The notes under the pieces were generated by a model, which saw only the letters and a list, made by a program, of their open reading frames with translations, was not told the DNA's origin and did no database searches. A stretch of 20,000 nucleotides of DNA, from positions 60,034-80,033 of the forward strand of contig JADGIG010000002.1 in NCBI GenBank assembly GCA_018985235.1. The letters are read 5' to 3'. Source of the DNA: Sanchytrium tribonematis (lineage: Eukaryota). A program made the position numbers and the translations under genes. Below, in pieces: positions 17,517 through 20,000 of this stretch; the stretch's first letter is position 1, and each line of letters begins with the position of its first letter.

Positions 17517-19425
17517 TTAAAGGCAGCTCCTAATAATTACATTGGTGATTGATTGGACGGTTTCCTTCGAAGTGTATATTCCGAATGAAATTCCTAGTTT
17601 ATAGCGTTCGTGGCAATTTAAATCCGGGGTCAAGATAACAAAATCATTGTCTTCGGCAGCTAAATAAAAAATCTCCTCAAATTTTTTAAATTTCAGCGCA
17701 ATATTTTGTAAATTTAATATCCGTGCAAGTTGCTTCATCAAATGCTCATAGAAGTTGATCAGGTTAAATTCTTTCCTGAACGTGTCCATGATGGCTCCTG
17801 GATTCACAGCAATCCAATATATTTGAGACATTGAAAACTTCGAGATACCCATTCCTTGACAATATTGCAGAAAATTATTGTTTGAAAATAATTTGTATAC
17901 ATAGCCCATACCTGTGGATTTCTTCTCTCGAACTAAAACTGCGCTTTTATCAAACTCCAAATTTTTGTGAAAATATAACTTCAAACTTTTTTCACCATCT
18001 AATTTATCACGGACCTGATCTAAATAGTTTTTGGAATGCTCTTCAACGAAAGTCTTGGATATCAAAAGAGGTATTTTTTGTTCACATCTAATTGTTACAG
18101 TCACTCCAACTGCGGGAGTGAAGCAGGGTAAACCCAGCTCCCTTCCGATGGTCTTCTTTAGACCTTCCATATTGCTTTTGGAACCATGAACGAGAACTAT
18201 GTTGGTGGCTCCACTTTGTTGGATCAATTCAAGGATACCTCTTGAATCTGAATGGGCACTATATGAAAGGTTTTCAACTCCCATTTTCACGTCAATTTCT
18301 TGCCCACGGTGTCTAACTTTTCGTTCCCCATTAAGTAAATACCAGCCAATTGTACCATTAACACAATAGCCTGGAAGAATGAGTAGATTTTTATAATCGT
18401 GAGCCCATCTTTCAAATAATCTAGCAGAAAATCCACTTGCTAGCCTAAGTTAGTCTTTATTACATTCCCGGAGTTGCAAAAACAACACAAGGTTCATTTG
18501 AATCCACATATTTGACGTCAAATTTCTTAACGTGATGAAAATCAAATGGGTTGCGAAATTGCTCTGAATCAAGGTTAACATTAGTCCAATTTAAAAAAAG
18601 CTTGTAATACTCATTGGCTTTCTCCATAATTTCTCCGCTGAAAAATATGGGGACATTTAGCCCGTGCTGTTGCCAGTACGACTCTAACATAACACATAGC
18701 TCTTGGGCTCTTCCAACTGCAAACGTAGGAATCAAAACCTTCCCTCCCTGTTGGACGCAAGTGTGAACTTTTTTTAGAAAGGATTGCTCTCGAGTTGCTC
18801 TGGGAGGTCGAGTATAGCAGCCATAGGTGGATTCAGTGATCAATACGTCTGGTTTAAGTCTTTCGATAGATGCCTGGCCCAAATGTCTATCTGCAGTCAT
18901 ATTAAAATCCCCAGTGTACACAACTCGTAATAAATCTACCTCAATATATGTGATAATTGCACCCAAGACGTGTCCTGCGTAATAACTTCTAATTTTAATG
19001 GAATCTGAAATTACAATATCTTGATTCAAATCAATCACTTGGACCTTACTCAGGCACTTCTCAATCATTGCCTCTGTATAATTGAATTTGCTTGTTTTCT
19101 CATTAAAAAACTTTCTGCAATCATTAAGTAGAATTCTACAAATGGCTTTTGTAGGTGCACTCATAAAAACGGGACCGCTGTATCCTAAAATTTCTGTGAA
19201 ATACGGCAAAGCACCACAATGATCAAGATGAAAATGGCTGATAATGACGCAATCCACACAGTTGTACATTTGATTGCCCAATAATTTAAAATCAGGAAAT
19301 TTTCTATGATCGTTATGTCCTGCATGTATACCACAATCAAGCAAAATTCTTTTGTTATTGATAGTTACGAGAATAGACGAACGTCCAACATCCATACCTG
19401 CGCCTAGAGGCAAAATCTTAATCAT
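17517..19425 (-). CDS. INTS11: Integrator subunit 11 / CPSF3L beta-CASP endonuclease, spliced join(19425..18464,18444..17517), 629 aa
   Basis: PLGAGMDVGRS and LLDCGIH...RKFPDF are INTS11-like rather than CPSF73-like. Further motifs are SHFHLDH, AGHVLG, YTGDFN and ESTYG. After splicing, FATPGML..G...LPGYCVNGTIG and SAHSD follow. Confidence 0.88.
18445..18463 (-). other. 19-nt spliceosomal intron in INTS11 (phase 2)
   Basis: Sequence GTAATAAAGACTAACTTAG with a GACTAAC branch site. The spliced reading is FATPGM-LASGFSARLFERWAHD. Confidence 0.93.
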
Positions 19426-19559
19426 TTGGAATTCAAGGAGTAAACCTCTTCGAATAGCTTCTTAATCAAACAAATGACATCTAATTTTTGCTGCTAAATG
19501 ATAATTATGCGAACCGTTTGTAAATATTTTTAATTCCAATTTTTATTATAAACAAGGGG

Positions 19560-20000
19560 ATGAGCTATATCTCAACTTTAACTAATTTATTTCTTTCTCT
19601 TACACAAACTAATTACCTAACCTTCAATGAGCTTTGTATTATATATAAGCAAAGCGGATTGAATGACATGATGATAAATAATGTAGTGGAAGAAATTGTT
19701 AGAACTACCAGTGGGATTTCAACAACTGACAAATTTAATTGCGATCAATTTATATATGGAATGCTGCTAATTTATAGAAACTTTCAAATGGATGTGGAAA
19801 CCGATTTATCGATTTTGAGGAAAAAACTAAAGGACTCAACTTTAGCCGATCTGGAATCTCTTCAAAAGCAATCAATGAAAGTAAACTCTCCAACTGTTCA
19901 TCAAAAACCAGTTTCAAAAGTGGAATTTAGTGCGTCAGACATCTACACATCGTCACACAGAAGAAAACCAATTAGTAAGACTTCTGGCACGACAATGAAG
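19560..20000 (+). CDS. Partial CDS running off the window end; N-terminal EH-domain-like region
   Basis: Open frame of 147 codons from ATG 19560: MSYISTLTNLFLSLTQTNYLTFNELCIIYKQSGLNDMMINNVVEEIV...DKFNCDQFIYGMLLIYR. The SGL...QF...M.LI pattern resembles EH domains. The ORF track misses it because there is no stop in the window. Confidence 0.6.
   Translation, partial: MSYISTLTNLFLSLTQTNYLTFNELCIIYKQSGLNDMMINNVVEEIVRTTSGISTTDKFNCDQFIYGMLLIYRNFQMDVETDLSILRKKLKDSTLADLESLQKQSMKVNSPTVHQKPVSKVEFSASDIYTSSHRRKPISKTSGTTMK

Noticed and set aside
1639..18091. Numerous short antisense or alternate-frame ORFs in the track (e.g. 3428..3736, 4933..5331, 16343..16645)
   Set aside because: They are shadow ORFs lying within or largely overlapping well-supported genes, with no recognisable motifs.
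4301..19425. Split ORFs (CLU1, kinesin, GFUS, GMD, INTS11) read as pseudogenes, sequencing frameshifts or programmed frameshifting
   Set aside because: Each break is resolved by an identically sized GT-AG segment with a shared branch-like motif. In GMD, GFUS and INTS11 removal restores conserved motifs without extra residues.
10..19425. Alternative genetic code (stop-codon reassignment)
   Set aside because: TAA, TAG and TGA all end genes at expected protein ends, and the gene breaks involve frame changes rather than in-frame stops.
19636..19654. 19-nt GT..AG segment GTATTATATATAAGCAAAG after ATG 19627
   Set aside because: It lacks the YTAAY-YTAG ending, splicing gives an almost immediate stop, and the unspliced frame from ATG 19560 is already open.
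1..20000. tRNA, rRNA, snRNA, CRISPR array or transposase
   Set aside because: None was recognised by eye, and the spacers are too short for most. A covariance-model search would be needed to exclude divergent small RNAs.

Overview
This is a very gene-dense, AT-rich eukaryotic nuclear region using the standard genetic code (TAA, TAG and TGA all act as stops). It holds 17 protein-coding genes, the last one partial. Intergenic gaps are about 3-142 bp, and one convergent pair overlaps. Genes in order: PNO1, divergent SPAG6/PF16, RRP4, Hos2/HDAC3-type deacetylase, Clu1/CLUH, KIF12-like kinesin, a zinc-finger protein, a PPR-like protein, a pseudokinase-Sel1 protein, TAD3, APC10, TRS23, GDP-L-fucose synthase, GDP-mannose 4,6-dehydratase, a KH-domain protein, INTS11 and a partial EH-like protein. 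The main result is that all five genes that look broken in the ORF track are repaired by GT-AG spliceosomal introns of exactly 19 nt. These share an invariant putative branch A at position 14, fused to a YYTAG acceptor. A second result is that both genes of de novo GDP-fucose synthesis sit head-to-head across 105 bp. Gene content suggests a reduced, flagellated or flagellum-derived early-diverging fungal/holomycotan lineage, but this is inference only.
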